Positions 11,001 through 20,832 of a stretch of 64,000 nt of DNA are shown piece by piece; position 1 is the first letter of the stretch; each line of letters opens with the position of its first letter. This stretch comes from Naegleria gruberi (lineage: Eukaryota). Both the position numbers and the translations under genes were made by a program. The DNA lies in NCBI GenBank assembly GCA_000004985.1, contig GG738845.1; one strand, 5' to 3'. The notes beneath the pieces are model-generated. The model was not told where the DNA came from. It ran no database searches and saw only the letters and a program-made list of their open reading frames with translations.

Positions 11001-12380
11001 ACCCTTGATAGAAGGGTCTCTATTTTGGAAAATGATCTAAAGGAGCAATTGGAAAAAACAGTAGACTCTAAAATTGAGCAGTTTAATTTTATGAATAAGA
11101 ACCTCAATCAAATTGTCAATGTCAAAGTTGAATCCCTTGAAGAAAAGTGGGAGCATTTGAAAGAATTTATTCACATGAAAACAAGGGAAATGGAACTTAG
11201 TGCAATGAATATAGTTCCTCCAAACAACAATTTTATATCTGAAGGAGAGGAACCAACAACTCACTTTGAAAATGAAGTAATTCAAAACTTTATCTCCCAA
11301 CTTTCAAATATTCAACATACCCAATCAAATTATGATGAAAAACTCGACCTAATTTCCAAGCTCTATGACTCAAGTTGGACAAAAACAATTGAACTTTCAG
11401 AGAGCGTGAAGGATATTACAGATGTTAAAAATAATGTGGAATATCTCAAGCAAAACACAGACAATAGGGTTGGCCAATTACAGTCATCGGTAAAAAGAAT
11501 TGATAATCAAATTGAGTATTTATCAAGAAGACTACAACAAGTTGATCAGCAAAAGGATGAACAACATATTGAAAAGATGACTCTGTTCATCAATAGTCTC
11601 TCTTCAAGAGTGGATCAAGAATTGAGAAAGATGAACGAGTATTTCCAGAGAAAAGAAATACAACTTAACGACAAAGTTTTGGAGATTTTAACGAGAGAAA
11701 GAATGTTGAATATGAGAGAACAAAATCTTGAGGAGAGAGAGGACCATTTTATCAAACATACCAATGGCCACTCTGTCAGTGTTGCAAAAAGCGACAAGGC
11801 TGATGATAACCTTCTTCTTAAACAAGTTCAACACCACCTCAATGCCCCTAAAGTTGATTATTCCTTAGAATCAGTTCTTTACCCACTCTCATCAGTTGAT
11901 CCAGAAGTTTTGAAAACTCAACGTATTACTGATCCTTCGGAAAGAATTGCCAATGAGTTCAAAGATTCATTCTTGCTAAAAACTCCAGAATCTCTTTTCT
12001 CTTCCACAAGTTTTGCTTTACCAAGCTATTCTTTGAGTCAACCTTCAGCTAGTAATTCAAATTTTTTTTCTATTTTGAGCCCAAATGATACTGCATCATC
12101 TGTGCACTCAAATTCTACATCACCAACCAGTTCAACAACCTCAGCGTACCATCCTTTGTTGGTTACATCTTCTGGAATGCAAACTTTTGATGAGGATATG
12201 TTAAAGACCACAAACAATAGTGCTCCATCTACACCAATTGAAAGAAGTCGTAGAAGTTCTGGAAGTCAAACATACAAAACCCAGTTCAAAGAATACAAGA
12301 AAGAAGACAACTCTATTATAAGATCACCATTTAGAAAGTATGCAGAGCAAAAAGATACTCACAGCAGTTATTTTTTCTAA
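8013..12380 (+). CDS. Giant (1455 aa) protein with an N-terminal RGS-like domain followed by more than 1000 aa of predicted coiled coil and a Ser/Thr-rich tail; no intron seen
   Basis: The N-terminus FRTFCKQVLSCEELIDLWTDIQNYRNI...RVNTAKKIWNTYFVAGSIEVPEE...AYHLFIKDFIKH fits the RGS pattern F..F...E.S.EN..FW......Y....A..I...Y. The rest is heptad-rich E/K/L/Q sequence. ATG at 8013, TAA at 12378. Confidence 0.8.
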   Translation: MNSIMKDSFRTFCKQVLSCEELIDLWTDIQNYRNIKDNEVELRVNTAKKIWNTYFVAGSIEVPEELHSILVDNMDSGSIALYDEVQTLIEDDLKEEAYHLFIKDFIKHANSSSNNPLSSLNTISNAPSSSDDTISKIFQPIHEISNRRRNSFQEQTPTKLTFPVPNTSIPTVPLTPILHTVIPLNNDSKVSSPPRLPPAHTPPPSNSVKRGVRIERLGDKIQVYGRSPTNLTKPGENAASSLEEYKYKGPLIPPNQEIRATVADIDSSFLRSKGEKEQFTQVTCCEVSVNLLYQKIPIITQGSIEGMAEMAKKLYNLKDYLQTDDDSFVMDINSILNRCDRYSAHLQVENVESINNYGIIQMFKSSEKKPICCILKAQVIEEESNSFNDYLVVFYDGNESYCLFHTFQKLFPKKGLRACVTYFENLEVMERFLNDFLAPNEMSASKLSSNKKYILKQLITLRKKEHGLIKKYLNYRVSLQVEDSPIDNIEKKLFIMEDMHRNRIEDLLNKLKDIEGKIKSGKQKLVNPKSVEERGIENSTFDQDLTDVMVRLEEIDERQLSPRKRQTQEQKNKTVSETLSQTTSPQKSDIITEYFINRLTSIESEMNEVKNAYTKKMESVVENLSNYEKQNHPVMEKTITQHENSDAKLIYEMKKEIEIMKMARLQIEKDVKNKAFHQSTNNSDLNKIIANSTFNTEPLSEPLESNLQLPEEKETEPQLISNYENSPEQMIIHQSQVIAQETNTNPQSESKLEYVSRVIEDLKTELASLRDEMSIISKRKYAHEVLGTIFEKSNNDQETFKLPQPSADTQIDEVVERINNIESYTYENMSNVKQSLYEEKKDRFNMFDALHTKIQSVEESNKEHAKETKEISDKVDQIKSEIDMLRFTSSLQARNSDTSSIVSKLDDSLDVSSNASSPTKSLDSNQFMFIQNNLKKEIIQQVNQQVNQQIHQQINNIPNVENLFREYRKQFDNFESKIENRFNTQTFVNGNQEEIETLDRRVSILENDLKEQLEKTVDSKIEQFNFMNKNLNQIVNVKVESLEEKWEHLKEFIHMKTREMELSAMNIVPPNNNFISEGEEPTTHFENEVIQNFISQLSNIQHTQSNYDEKLDLISKLYDSSWTKTIELSESVKDITDVKNNVEYLKQNTDNRVGQLQSSVKRIDNQIEYLSRRLQQVDQQKDEQHIEKMTLFINSLSSRVDQELRKMNEYFQRKEIQLNDKVLEILTRERMLNMREQNLEEREDHFIKHTNGHSVSVAKSDKADDNLLLKQVQHHLNAPKVDYSLESVLYPLSSVDPEVLKTQRITDPSERIANEFKDSFLLKTPESLFSSTSFALPSYSLSQPSASNSNFFSILSPNDTASSVHSNSTSPTSSTTSAYHPLLVTSSGMQTFDEDMLKTTNNSAPSTPIERSRRSSGSQTYKTQFKEYKKEDNSIIRSPFRKYAEQKDTHSSYFF
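10830..10877 (+). repeat. In-frame 12-nt tandem repeat x4 (CAACAAGTCAAT-like) encoding QQVN-QQVN-QQIH-QQIN inside the RGS/coiled-coil gene
   Basis: Four consecutive near-identical 12-mers read directly from the sequence. Confidence 0.6.
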
Positions 12381-12510
12381 TAATTAATCTAATAAATTGT
12401 AAAATATGACCAACCTGCACATTATTAAATTATTATTTACACAAAATTTCGAAATAATTGAAATTATTTGTGCACTAGTGTGTTGGTAATTAAAGAAAAT
12501 CACAAAAAAA

Positions 12511-13109
12511 ATGCAAGGAATGCCTTCGGAAGTAGAAACCTCAGTGCTACGATTTCATAACTCTTTGAAGGTTGTAGAAGACATGGTAAAACCATTACTT
12601 GAACAACCACTCACCTCCAAAACATCTAAATTAGATCCAGAATCAAGAGCAAAAGTTAATCTTTGTTGTGCATACACAGTGAACACTCTATTTTATCGTA
12701 TGTTTATCAAATGTTAATTCCTATTCACAAACTTTATGATTTTTCTTCATCTATGGTGAACAACTGATTGATAATATTATTTGTTGGATGAAATTTTATT
12801 TGTTTTCTTTTTACATCATCAATTTGTTGTTGGTTACTTACTAATATATTAGTGTACCTAAAAACACAAGGAATAAATCCGGAGGAACACCCTGTGAAAC
12901 AAGAGATTGCAAGGATACAACTTTACTTTAAAAAACTGAAAGAAAAACAAAGAAAAGTTGCCCTCGAAAACCAGCCAACAAACGAAACTTCTGAAACAAG
13001 TATCAATTCAACAAGTGAAACCAAAGATGACAACTCTTCTGAAGATGGTGACAACAAAAAACGTAAGAACAAGGCCACAGACAACAAACAAAGAAAAAAG
13101 AAAAAGTAA
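12511..13109 (+). CDS. LRP1: C1D/Lrp1 (Sas10/C1D-family exosome cofactor). Two exons 12511..12697 and 12853..13109, with a 155-nt GTATGT...TTAG intron.
   Basis: Spliced product ...[47 protein letters not shown]. This resembles human C1D (...[41 protein letters not shown], recalled from memory), but only after removing the intron. The ORF track shows it as two ORFs (12511.. and 12852.. with a GTG start). Confidence 0.75.
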
Positions 13110-13251
13110 CCCAGTAGATTTTAATGGGAGGTTGTAACCCTTCCCTTTTGATAAGGTTGACTTTCGACTGGAATTTCCGACCAGTTGTGTACATACGAAT
13201 TTGTCAATACAAAAAAGAAAAAACATTAAAAAACAGAAATTGGCAAATAAT

Positions 13252-15531
13252 TTATTTTTGTTTTTCTTTCTCTTTCTTCCACAACATGGCCTTCTCCAAA
13301 ATTTTCAAATTGGATTTCTTTCCTGTTGATTCATCTTCATCATCTTTGAAGATAAAGTCAGCATATTCTGTGTAGCCTGATACTTCACCTTCTTGGTTGA
13401 AAATTTTTCTCTTTTTCCTAATTTTAGTTGGTTTCTTTTGGTTCAGTTTCTCTATCATATCTTGGTTATTTGGTATTGATTGCTCAAATGATAACCAAGA
13501 AATTAAAAGTTGGTATCTTTGCTCTCGCCTTGCAATTTGTATTTGGTCATCGACATTTTGTTGCCCTCCTTCTTCTATGGAGCCCTTTTTGAGGTAAGTG
13601 TATGCATCTTCATAAACTTGGCGTGTTTTTGCAAAATTATTGGATCCTAATGCTTTTTCGAAAAGTGCATAGCTAAGCCATACCTTAACATGTTTTGTTT
13701 TTTCGAGTAATCTTTTGTAAAGTAATCTAACCTTCTCGTATTCCTTTTGTTCAATTTCAAAATCAATATAACACTTCCAAATCAATTCTGGCATATCTAG
13801 ATTAGGTTGTGACACAGCTAGCTCATAAATAGCTCTTGTTCTTTGGATTTCCTTGACTTTTTGTTCTAGTTCAGCATAATTCTTCCATGCCTCACAGTTG
13901 GATGGAGATACTTCTAATTGTTTTTGGAATAAATGTCTTACACTATCAATGTTACCAAGAGAAAGCTCAACCTTGATATATTCCTTAAAAATTCTATCTT
14001 TTGGAATAATAGAGATTGCTGTATCTAAAATTTTTCTAGCCTCATCCATATTGTGCTGTCTTATTTCAAAGTGTGCAAACATTATCCAAATTTTAGAAAA
14101 ATAAATATTAGGAGAAGAGTACTCTTCATTTGCTAATAGCTCTAAGCATCCCTGGTACACTTGTCTTGCCCTAGTAATGTTTTTAGTTGTTATTTCTTCG
14201 AAAATAGCATAATTTATCCAAATATAAATATACCGCTTCCAGTATCTTTTTTCTTTTAGTGGTGGTACATTGGATATTGCTCTTTCGAATAAATCTCTTG
14301 TTTCTTCCAAGTTATCATTTCCATTTTGCTCTTTAGCCATTGTTAAATATTGAATCCATACGTCATAATTATTTGGATTTTCTTTGATATCATTTTCAAA
14401 ATCAAATCTTTTCTTATTGTAAATAACATTTTCTATACTGTGGGTATCACCGAATTGCTTTTGGAAAGATACAAACTTTTGATACAATACATCAGCATAA
14501 TCTTTTGTAACACGATCTAATAGGTACTTGTAAATTGAGTTGGCTCTTTCAACTTCCCCATTAACAACTTCAAAGTCAGCAAATGCAATGTACAATCCAA
14601 TTACTTCATCAAGGTTTTGTCTTGTAAAATTTTGGGCTTTAAGTAATACTTCCAAGTCAAATAGGGTAGTAGCTCTCTCAAATACCAGTCTAGCTTGAGT
14701 TTTCCCTTCTCTTCCTCCATATTTTTGTTCAAATTTAGCATAATAGAGCCATGTTTTGATGTCTGGATGAACACGAATAAATTTTTCATTAACTTTTCTA
14801 GCTTTTTCGACTTCTCCATATCTCAATTCAAAACTAATGTAAGATTTCCAGCCTTTTTCATCTGGTTGCCATTCCATCCATCTCTCGAAAAGCTGTCTAG
14901 CAGCATTTATATTTTTCATCATTTCCTCCATGTGAATATACTTGTACCAGAATTGGTCAGTTCGTGGTAACAAGCTGACAGCTCGATCCCAAATATTTCT
15001 AGCATGATTGATGAATTTGTTTCTCATTTCCATTTCAGCATACTTGAGCCAAATAATTGGTTCTCTATAATTTACATCGAGTGCTCGTTCAAAAATAGAT
15101 CTTGCTCTTTCAATTTGTTTTTGATTTTCTTCCCATTGTGCATATTTAATATAATTTGTCATTCTATGTCTATTTTTCCTAATAGTGTCTTCATATTGTT
15201 TTCTCATTCTTAATCTAAACTCCTCCAATTCCTCCATATCTTTGATATCTTGCTTTGGTGCTTTGATTTCCTTTTCGGATCTTTCAAAGGCCTCCCTAAT
15301 AATTTGCTCTGCAGTGATCTGAAGTTGAGAACTTCGTTTATCTTTCACCTTGGAACTACGGGATCTATCAACATTGCCATAATTATAGCTATATCCTTCG
15401 GGAAGGTTATCATCCTTTTTCTTATCTTGATCATTTCTTGATCTCTTTTTTCCGTGTTGTTTTTGTTCTTGTTCGTTTTGTTTTTGTTCGAATTGTTGTT
15501 GACGTTCTATCCGTTGTTGTATGTCATTCAT
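13252..15531 (-). CDS. CLF1: Crooked neck-like splicing factor Clf1/Syf3 (HAT/TPR repeats), 759 aa
   Basis: Tandem HAT repeats (NYIKYAQWEENQKQIERARSIFERALDVNYREPIIWLKYAEMEMRNKFINHARNIWDRAVSLLPRTDQFWYKYIHMEE...). No intron. Starts 118 bp downstream of the GDP-mannose pyrophosphorylase stop on the same strand. Confidence 0.85.
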   Translation of the reverse strand: MNDIQQRIERQQQFEQKQNEQEQKQHGKKRSRNDQDKKKDDNLPEGYSYNYGNVDRSRSSKVKDKRSSQLQITAEQIIREAFERSEKEIKAPKQDIKDMEELEEFRLRMRKQYEDTIRKNRHRMTNYIKYAQWEENQKQIERARSIFERALDVNYREPIIWLKYAEMEMRNKFINHARNIWDRAVSLLPRTDQFWYKYIHMEEMMKNINAARQLFERWMEWQPDEKGWKSYISFELRYGEVEKARKVNEKFIRVHPDIKTWLYYAKFEQKYGGREGKTQARLVFERATTLFDLEVLLKAQNFTRQNLDEVIGLYIAFADFEVVNGEVERANSIYKYLLDRVTKDYADVLYQKFVSFQKQFGDTHSIENVIYNKKRFDFENDIKENPNNYDVWIQYLTMAKEQNGNDNLEETRDLFERAISNVPPLKEKRYWKRYIYIWINYAIFEEITTKNITRARQVYQGCLELLANEEYSSPNIYFSKIWIMFAHFEIRQHNMDEARKILDTAISIIPKDRIFKEYIKVELSLGNIDSVRHLFQKQLEVSPSNCEAWKNYAELEQKVKEIQRTRAIYELAVSQPNLDMPELIWKCYIDFEIEQKEYEKVRLLYKRLLEKTKHVKVWLSYALFEKALGSNNFAKTRQVYEDAYTYLKKGSIEEGGQQNVDDQIQIARREQRYQLLISWLSFEQSIPNNQDMIEKLNQKKPTKIRKKRKIFNQEGEVSGYTEYADFIFKDDEDESTGKKSNLKILEKAMLWKKEKEKQK

Positions 15532-15649
15532 TTTTTTTTCTAAATATTAAAATTATTTTTTCCCCTAGCTGCTTGTTCAATAATGGCATCAAGCCAATAA
15601 TTTAATATTTATTAATAATTTATTTATTAATTTACAAATATAATTATAA

Positions 15650-16879
15650 TTACATAACAATTTGACCTGGTTCCAAAATATCTTCACCAACAGTCTTGTG
15701 AGGCAAAACCTTAACGTTGTTCACAAAGACTTCATCAGAAACGTGAGTATCCTCGCCCAAAACTGTATCATTAGCAATTCTGGACCATTTACCGACCGAA
15801 GATTTCCAACCAATGATTGAAGATTTTACAAGAGCATGTTCCTTTACATGAGCTGATTCAAAGATTGTTGATCTAGTAACTCTAGCACCTTCTCCAATAG
15901 TAACATTATCACCAAGAACAACATTAGGTCCAATTACAGCTCCTCTACCAATCTTGACATTTTCTCCCAATAGAACTGTTGATTCATTGATGATCTTGTA
16001 GGATCCATCCTCAGGATTCTTAGCAAAATGTTGAGAATTTTCTCTCAAATGTTTGTCACTTGACAGATACATGCACATACCAGTAATGTAATCCTTTGGT
16101 TGACCAATATCCATCCAGAAACCCTTTAAATCCATTGCATATAATTCCTTATCCCTGGCCATCAATGGGAAGATTTCTCTTTCAATACTGGTTGGTCTCA
16201 ATTCAATTCTTTCCAAAACTTTTGTGCTAAAAACATAAATACCAGCGTTGATTCTGTCGCCAACGAAAGTCTTTGGTTTCTCAACAAATTTTTCAATTTC
16301 ACCTTGTTTTCCATCTTGTGTAACAACTACACCATATTTACTTGGATCATCAACTTTAGTTACCATAATGGTTCCTTCCTTTCCATGATTTTTATGATAT
16401 TCCAAAAGTTCATCCAATGAATATTCACAAATAACATCAGAATTTAAAACAAAGAAGTATTCAGTTTCATCTGCACCGAGAATATCCCTGGCAAGGGCCA
16501 AAGGTCCAGCTGTACCTAATGGTTCATTTTCTACAGAATAGGTAATCTTAACTTGATACTTTTCTTCGTACTTCTTCATAGCATCAATCATTTCTTGTGG
16601 CTTATAATTTACAGCAAGAACAATTTCTGTACATCCAGCCTTCTTTAAAGCTTCAATTTGATGGACAACAATTGGTTTATTGGCAAAGTGAATCAAAGGC
16701 TTAGCAGTAGAGAAGGTGAGTGGTCTGAGTCTTGTTCCGTATCCACCAACAAGAATGCTACATGTTTTTTGATGTATTGTTGCAGTTATTATTTAATATT
16801 ATTAATAATTATTTTAATTCGTAAATATATTGATGAATAATAATTATTATCAACACACTTACAGTGCCTTTACTTTCAT
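15650..16879 (-). CDS. PSA1: Mannose-1-phosphate guanylyltransferase (GDP-mannose pyrophosphorylase). Two exons 16863..16879 and 15650..16757, with a 105-nt GTAAGT...TAG intron.
   Basis: Exon 1 ATGAAAGTAAAGGCACT plus exon 2 gives [43 protein letters not shown]...EPLGTAGPLALARDIL...VLNSDVICEY...WMDIGQPKDY. This matches the G1P nucleotidyltransferase signature and the C-terminal left-handed beta-helix (hexapeptide) region. The ORF track shows only exon 2, starting at an internal Met. Confidence 0.85.
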
Positions 16880-17051
16880 GTTGTACTCCTGAGTTTGTTG
16901 TTATTTTTTTGCTTGTTTATCTGTTTAATTTAAACAGTAACCGTTGTCATAGTGCCTCAACACGTGTTCAATAATAAGACAGGAAAATCATCATTTTCAC
17001 CTCAATCTGCTTTGCTAAATTGAACAATCCTGAGGAGTTTACGGAAATAGA

Positions 17052-17540
17052 TCACTTGATGAATTTGAATTTTTGTTCAAGAGCAAAATCAACAAAGTCC
17101 TTTCTTATTTCTCTTCTTCTTAGATAGATCCACCTATAATATAGATATCCACCCAATCCAAATATACAACCAATCAGCATACACACTCTTCCCGGGCCAA
17201 GTCCCTCTGAGGATGATATTATTTCAACAATGAATGAAATGATCTGTTCTAGGAATGAAACCTCTCCACGTTGTGTGCTTGATTTTGTCTCTTTCTTCTT
17301 ACTCAGTACGAAATTTTTCATAGGAAATAAATCACCAGTAAGAAAGTGAAGGGTTGCTTTCCAAGTTGATTTATTTGATTCCGAATCCTTGTCAAATTTA
17401 ATTTCCAAAATATTTCCATCATAGATTTTATCATCACTATCGTCATTATTAATGCATCCACTAGTTATTTCGGATGGTGTTGAAAAATTCTTATCACCAT
17501 TTTGTTTTCTCAAATGTTCCAACTTTTGAAAGAAGGACAT
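17052..17540 (-). CDS. Small (162 aa) protein with a C-terminal transmembrane segment (tail-anchored topology); unknown function
   Basis: ORF with hydrophobic stretch VCMLIGCIFGLGGYLYY near the C-terminus followed by a basic patch. Divergent from ROK1 with only 41 bp between the two ATGs. Could also be a spurious ORF in the ROK1 5' region. Confidence 0.45.
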   Translation of the reverse strand: MSFFQKLEHLRKQNGDKNFSTPSEITSGCINNDDSDDKIYDGNILEIKFDKDSESNKSTWKATLHFLTGDLFPMKNFVLSKKKETKSSTQRGEVSFLEQIISFIVEIISSSEGLGPGRVCMLIGCIFGLGGYLYYRWIYLRRREIRKDFVDFALEQKFKFIK

Positions 17541-17581
17541 TGATTCCCTCTAAATTTTTTTTGAATTATTTTTTAAAAAAG
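17541..17581. promoter_or_regulatory. 41-bp divergent spacer between the ATGs of the 17052..17540 gene (minus) and ROK1 (plus); putative minimal bidirectional promoter
   Basis: AT-rich run (cctctaaattttttttgaattattttttaaaaaa) between two opposed start codons. Inferred from gene arrangement only. Confidence 0.3.
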
Positions 17582-19624
17582 ATGCCCAAACTACCTTCTC
17601 ATGATGATAGGAAGCTTCTCGACATTGAAAATGATAATGTGGAGGATTCATCCGATTTATTCACATCACTCACAAAAACATTAGCTTATGATGCATCCCA
17701 AGTGAATAGTTTTAAACAACGTAACATTTCAAATATAAATGTTGACAGTCATTCATCTAAAACAAAAGCATCATTGACCGTACATAATATGGCTGATGAG
17801 AAACTTTTTGAACAATTACTTCCTGCTTCATCATTGGATTTTTTCGGCTCTTCAAAGTCATCATCAGTTTTGGATCGTATTAAAAAAGTGAAACAAGCAA
17901 ACGAGGAATCAAAGCAACAAACATCTCAAATTGAGGAAGAAGATGAGGAGGAAGATCTTTCTGACTTACCACCTCCATTGACAACAGCTGAGGAAATTAA
18001 GAAATTTAGAAAGCAAAACAAGATCAAGATAAAAGGTATTGTAAGCCAAATGGATCCAGACCTGCTTCTTGCTCCAAATATGAAAACTAATTCTCAAGAT
18101 GTTTATGTTTCCCCTTATAAACCATTCGTTTCTTTTTTGGAGTTAAAAAATAGATATCCAGATTTGGTTCGTGATTATTTATATAGAAATATTAGAACAA
18201 AGCTCAAATACAAACTTCCAACACCAGTTCAAATGCAAGCTGTTCCCGTCTTACTTTCTAAAAAAGATTGTCTGGTAGCTGCTCCAACTGGTTCAGGTAA
18301 AACTGTTGCATTTTGTTTACCAATGTTATGCCTATTAGGAAAACCAAAGAAGGAGGGTTTTAGAGGATTAATTATTACTCCAACAAAGGTTTTAGCTGAC
18401 CAAATATTTAGAAATTTAGAGGTACTAGGAAGTGGAAAGGATTGGAAGATTCGTCTAAATGATCAATCCGCAGCCGATAGTGAGGGAGGTGAGTCTCATG
18501 CAGTGAGGGATAACCACAAATTCCAATCAAAGAGAAACGATATTTTAATTTCAACTCCAATGCGTCTTTTAAGTATGATTAAGAGTGGAATAATTGATTT
18601 GACTAACGTGGAAATGCTTGTTTTTGATGAGGCTGATCGTTTGTTTGATTTAGGATTTATAGAACAGGTGGATGAAATTTTAGGTTTTTGCACTAATCCT
18701 AATTTGGTAAAGACATATTTCAGTGCTACTATTCCTTTAAGTTTGGAACATACTCTCAAAACTCAGACCTCTTTATTGAAAATAGACTCTGTCCAAGTTA
18801 GTATTGGTGTAAGAAATGCAGGTCCAGACACTATTGAACAAAAATTAATATTTGTTGGATCTGAGGAAGGAAAATTACTTGCTCTTAAGGAAAGAATAAG
18901 AATTGAAGGATTGAAACCTCCAGTACTTATTTTCGTTCAATCAATAGATAGAGCAAAACAATTATATAAGGAATTATTATTTACATTGACAAGCACTACA
19001 GGAATGTCTTCAAGTTCAAATGAAACTGGTGCATCAGATCCTCTTGACTATTGCGTAGATTACATTCACGGAAAGAGAAGTGATAAGAAAAATCATGAAG
19101 TAATTCAGAATTTCAGAACTGGTAAAACTTGGGCTTTAATTTGTACAGATGTCATGGCTCGTGGTTTGGATTTTAAGAATATTAGTTGTGTTATTAATTA
19201 TGACTTTCCAACCTCAGTACCAAATTACATTCACAGAATTGGTAGAACTGGTAGAGCTGGACAAAAAGGTGAAGCTCTTACATTCTTTACGTATGCAGAT
19301 ATTCCTCTTTTAAAGAACATTGCTGATGTATTGAAAAATTCAGGATGTCCTGTACCTGATTACATGTCAGAAATTAAGCTTGTTTCTGAGGAAAAGATGA
19401 TCAAAACAGCTTTGGAAAATATCAAGTCAACCAGGATTGGTCACTCTAAAAAGGAAGATGGTAAAACATTGGACAAGAAGGAAAAGAGAAAGGCTTTCGT
19501 GACAGGCTCTAAAAAAAATAACAAACCAAAGAAAACCAAAGAAATAGTATCACAAAACACAACACAAAACGAAAAGAAGAGAAAGAGAGTTTCATTACTG
19601 GAAGGCAAACCAAATAAAAAGTAA
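17582..19624 (+). CDS. ROK1: DEAD-box ATP-dependent RNA helicase, Rok1/DDX52-like; 680 aa from the first ATG (MPKLPSHDD)
   Basis: Motifs PTPVQMQAVP (Q), AAPTGSGKTVAF (I), ITPTKVLADQ (Ia), VFDEADRLFD (II), FSAT (III), HRIGRTGRAG (VI). N-terminal acidic and C-terminal basic extensions are typical of Rok1. The ORF-track start at 17474 is a non-ATG upstream extension overlapping the minus-strand gene. Confidence 0.8.
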   Translation: MPKLPSHDDRKLLDIENDNVEDSSDLFTSLTKTLAYDASQVNSFKQRNISNINVDSHSSKTKASLTVHNMADEKLFEQLLPASSLDFFGSSKSSSVLDRIKKVKQANEESKQQTSQIEEEDEEEDLSDLPPPLTTAEEIKKFRKQNKIKIKGIVSQMDPDLLLAPNMKTNSQDVYVSPYKPFVSFLELKNRYPDLVRDYLYRNIRTKLKYKLPTPVQMQAVPVLLSKKDCLVAAPTGSGKTVAFCLPMLCLLGKPKKEGFRGLIITPTKVLADQIFRNLEVLGSGKDWKIRLNDQSAADSEGGESHAVRDNHKFQSKRNDILISTPMRLLSMIKSGIIDLTNVEMLVFDEADRLFDLGFIEQVDEILGFCTNPNLVKTYFSATIPLSLEHTLKTQTSLLKIDSVQVSIGVRNAGPDTIEQKLIFVGSEEGKLLALKERIRIEGLKPPVLIFVQSIDRAKQLYKELLFTLTSTTGMSSSSNETGASDPLDYCVDYIHGKRSDKKNHEVIQNFRTGKTWALICTDVMARGLDFKNISCVINYDFPTSVPNYIHRIGRTGRAGQKGEALTFFTYADIPLLKNIADVLKNSGCPVPDYMSEIKLVSEEKMIKTALENIKSTRIGHSKKEDGKTLDKKEKRKAFVTGSKKNNKPKKTKEIVSQNTTQNEKKRKRVSLLEGKPNKK

Positions 19625-19639
19625 AATTTATTGAAAAAA

Positions 19640-20830
19640 ATGAACATTTTAAAGACACGGTCAAAAATTGTGAAACCACTCTCACAAATCGCAACTCTCC
19701 ATAAAACATTAGCAATTGGAACAATTAATAACCAATCATTTACACAAAATAATAGCACGGAATCAAGACTATATACATTTTCTGCCAATAATACCATTCG
19801 CTATTATCATAATAATTTAGTAATCAACAAGCAAGAAACTACTTCACACTCATGTAGTCATCAACAAGTGCAAACAATTTCATGGCCTCAAAAAATGGTT
19901 GACTCTTCACCTGCCTCTATTAGACCATACTTACGTTTAATGAGACTAGATAAACCAATTGGAACTTGGTTGCTATTGTATCCTTGTTTGTGGAGTTTAG
20001 GATTGGCAGATATTAATTCATTAATACCATCACCATATTATGCAAGTTTATTTGCAATAGGTTCGATTATAATGAGAGGAGCAGGATGTACAGTTAATGA
20101 TTTATGGGATAGAGATTTTGATAAAAAGGTGGAAAGAACTAAAACCAGACCTATTGCAAGTGGAGAAATATCAGTGAGAAATGGTATAATATTTTTAGGC
20201 GCCCAATTGTTGACTGGATTGGCTGTTCTTGTCCAATTTAATATGTATACTATTGCAGTAGGAGCCAGTTCATTATTCTTAGTTTTTACTTATCCTTTAA
20301 TGAAAAGAATAACTTATTGGCCACAAAGTTATTTGGGATTGACTTTTAACTGGGGTGCTTTTGTGGGCTATTCTGCTCTTGCTGGTTTTTGCGATTGGTC
20401 AATAGTTGTTCCACTTTATTTAGGAAGTATTGCTTGGACAATTGTTTATGATACCATTTACGCCCACCAGGACAAGAAAGATGACAAACAAATTGGAGTC
20501 AAATCAACTGCCTTACTTTTTGGAGAAAGAACAAGAGAAATTTTGACAGGATTTTCCTTAATTTTTGGTGCCTTGATGACTATTACTGGTTATAATGCTG
20601 GATATGATTTTATCGAGCAATGGCCATATTACACAGCTGTTTATTCTTCTCTTTTGGCAGCTGTTTACAAAATTCATACCATTGACTATAATAATTCTGA
20701 ACAATGTATGAAAACTTTTGTTCAAAACAAATGGATTGGCTTGGTAATATTTATTGGTATTATTCTTGCAAATCTCACTAAAAGAAAGAAGCAAGCAGAT
20801 AATCAAACAGAAAAAGTGGAAGCCAAATAA
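19640..20830 (+). CDS. COQ2: 4-hydroxybenzoate polyprenyltransferase (UbiA family, COQ2), with a predicted mitochondrial presequence
   Basis: UbiA signature NDLWDRDFDKKVERTKTRPIASG and multiple TM helices (LRLMRLDKPIGTWLLLYPCLWS...). The ATG at 19640 is only 15 bp after the ROK1 stop. Confidence 0.85.
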   Translation: MNILKTRSKIVKPLSQIATLHKTLAIGTINNQSFTQNNSTESRLYTFSANNTIRYYHNNLVINKQETTSHSCSHQQVQTISWPQKMVDSSPASIRPYLRLMRLDKPIGTWLLLYPCLWSLGLADINSLIPSPYYASLFAIGSIIMRGAGCTVNDLWDRDFDKKVERTKTRPIASGEISVRNGIIFLGAQLLTGLAVLVQFNMYTIAVGASSLFLVFTYPLMKRITYWPQSYLGLTFNWGAFVGYSALAGFCDWSIVVPLYLGSIAWTIVYDTIYAHQDKKDDKQIGVKSTALLFGERTREILTGFSLIFGALMTITGYNAGYDFIEQWPYYTAVYSSLLAAVYKIHTIDYNNSEQCMKTFVQNKWIGLVIFIGIILANLTKRKKQADNQTEKVEAK

Positions 20831-20832
20831 AT

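Noticed and set aside
17474-17581. ORF-track 5' extension of ROK1 (MVLKNSYHH...) overlapping the minus-strand 17052..17540 gene
   Set aside because: The extension begins at a non-ATG codon and overlaps another ORF. The first ATG at 17582 gives a normal Rok1 N-terminus.
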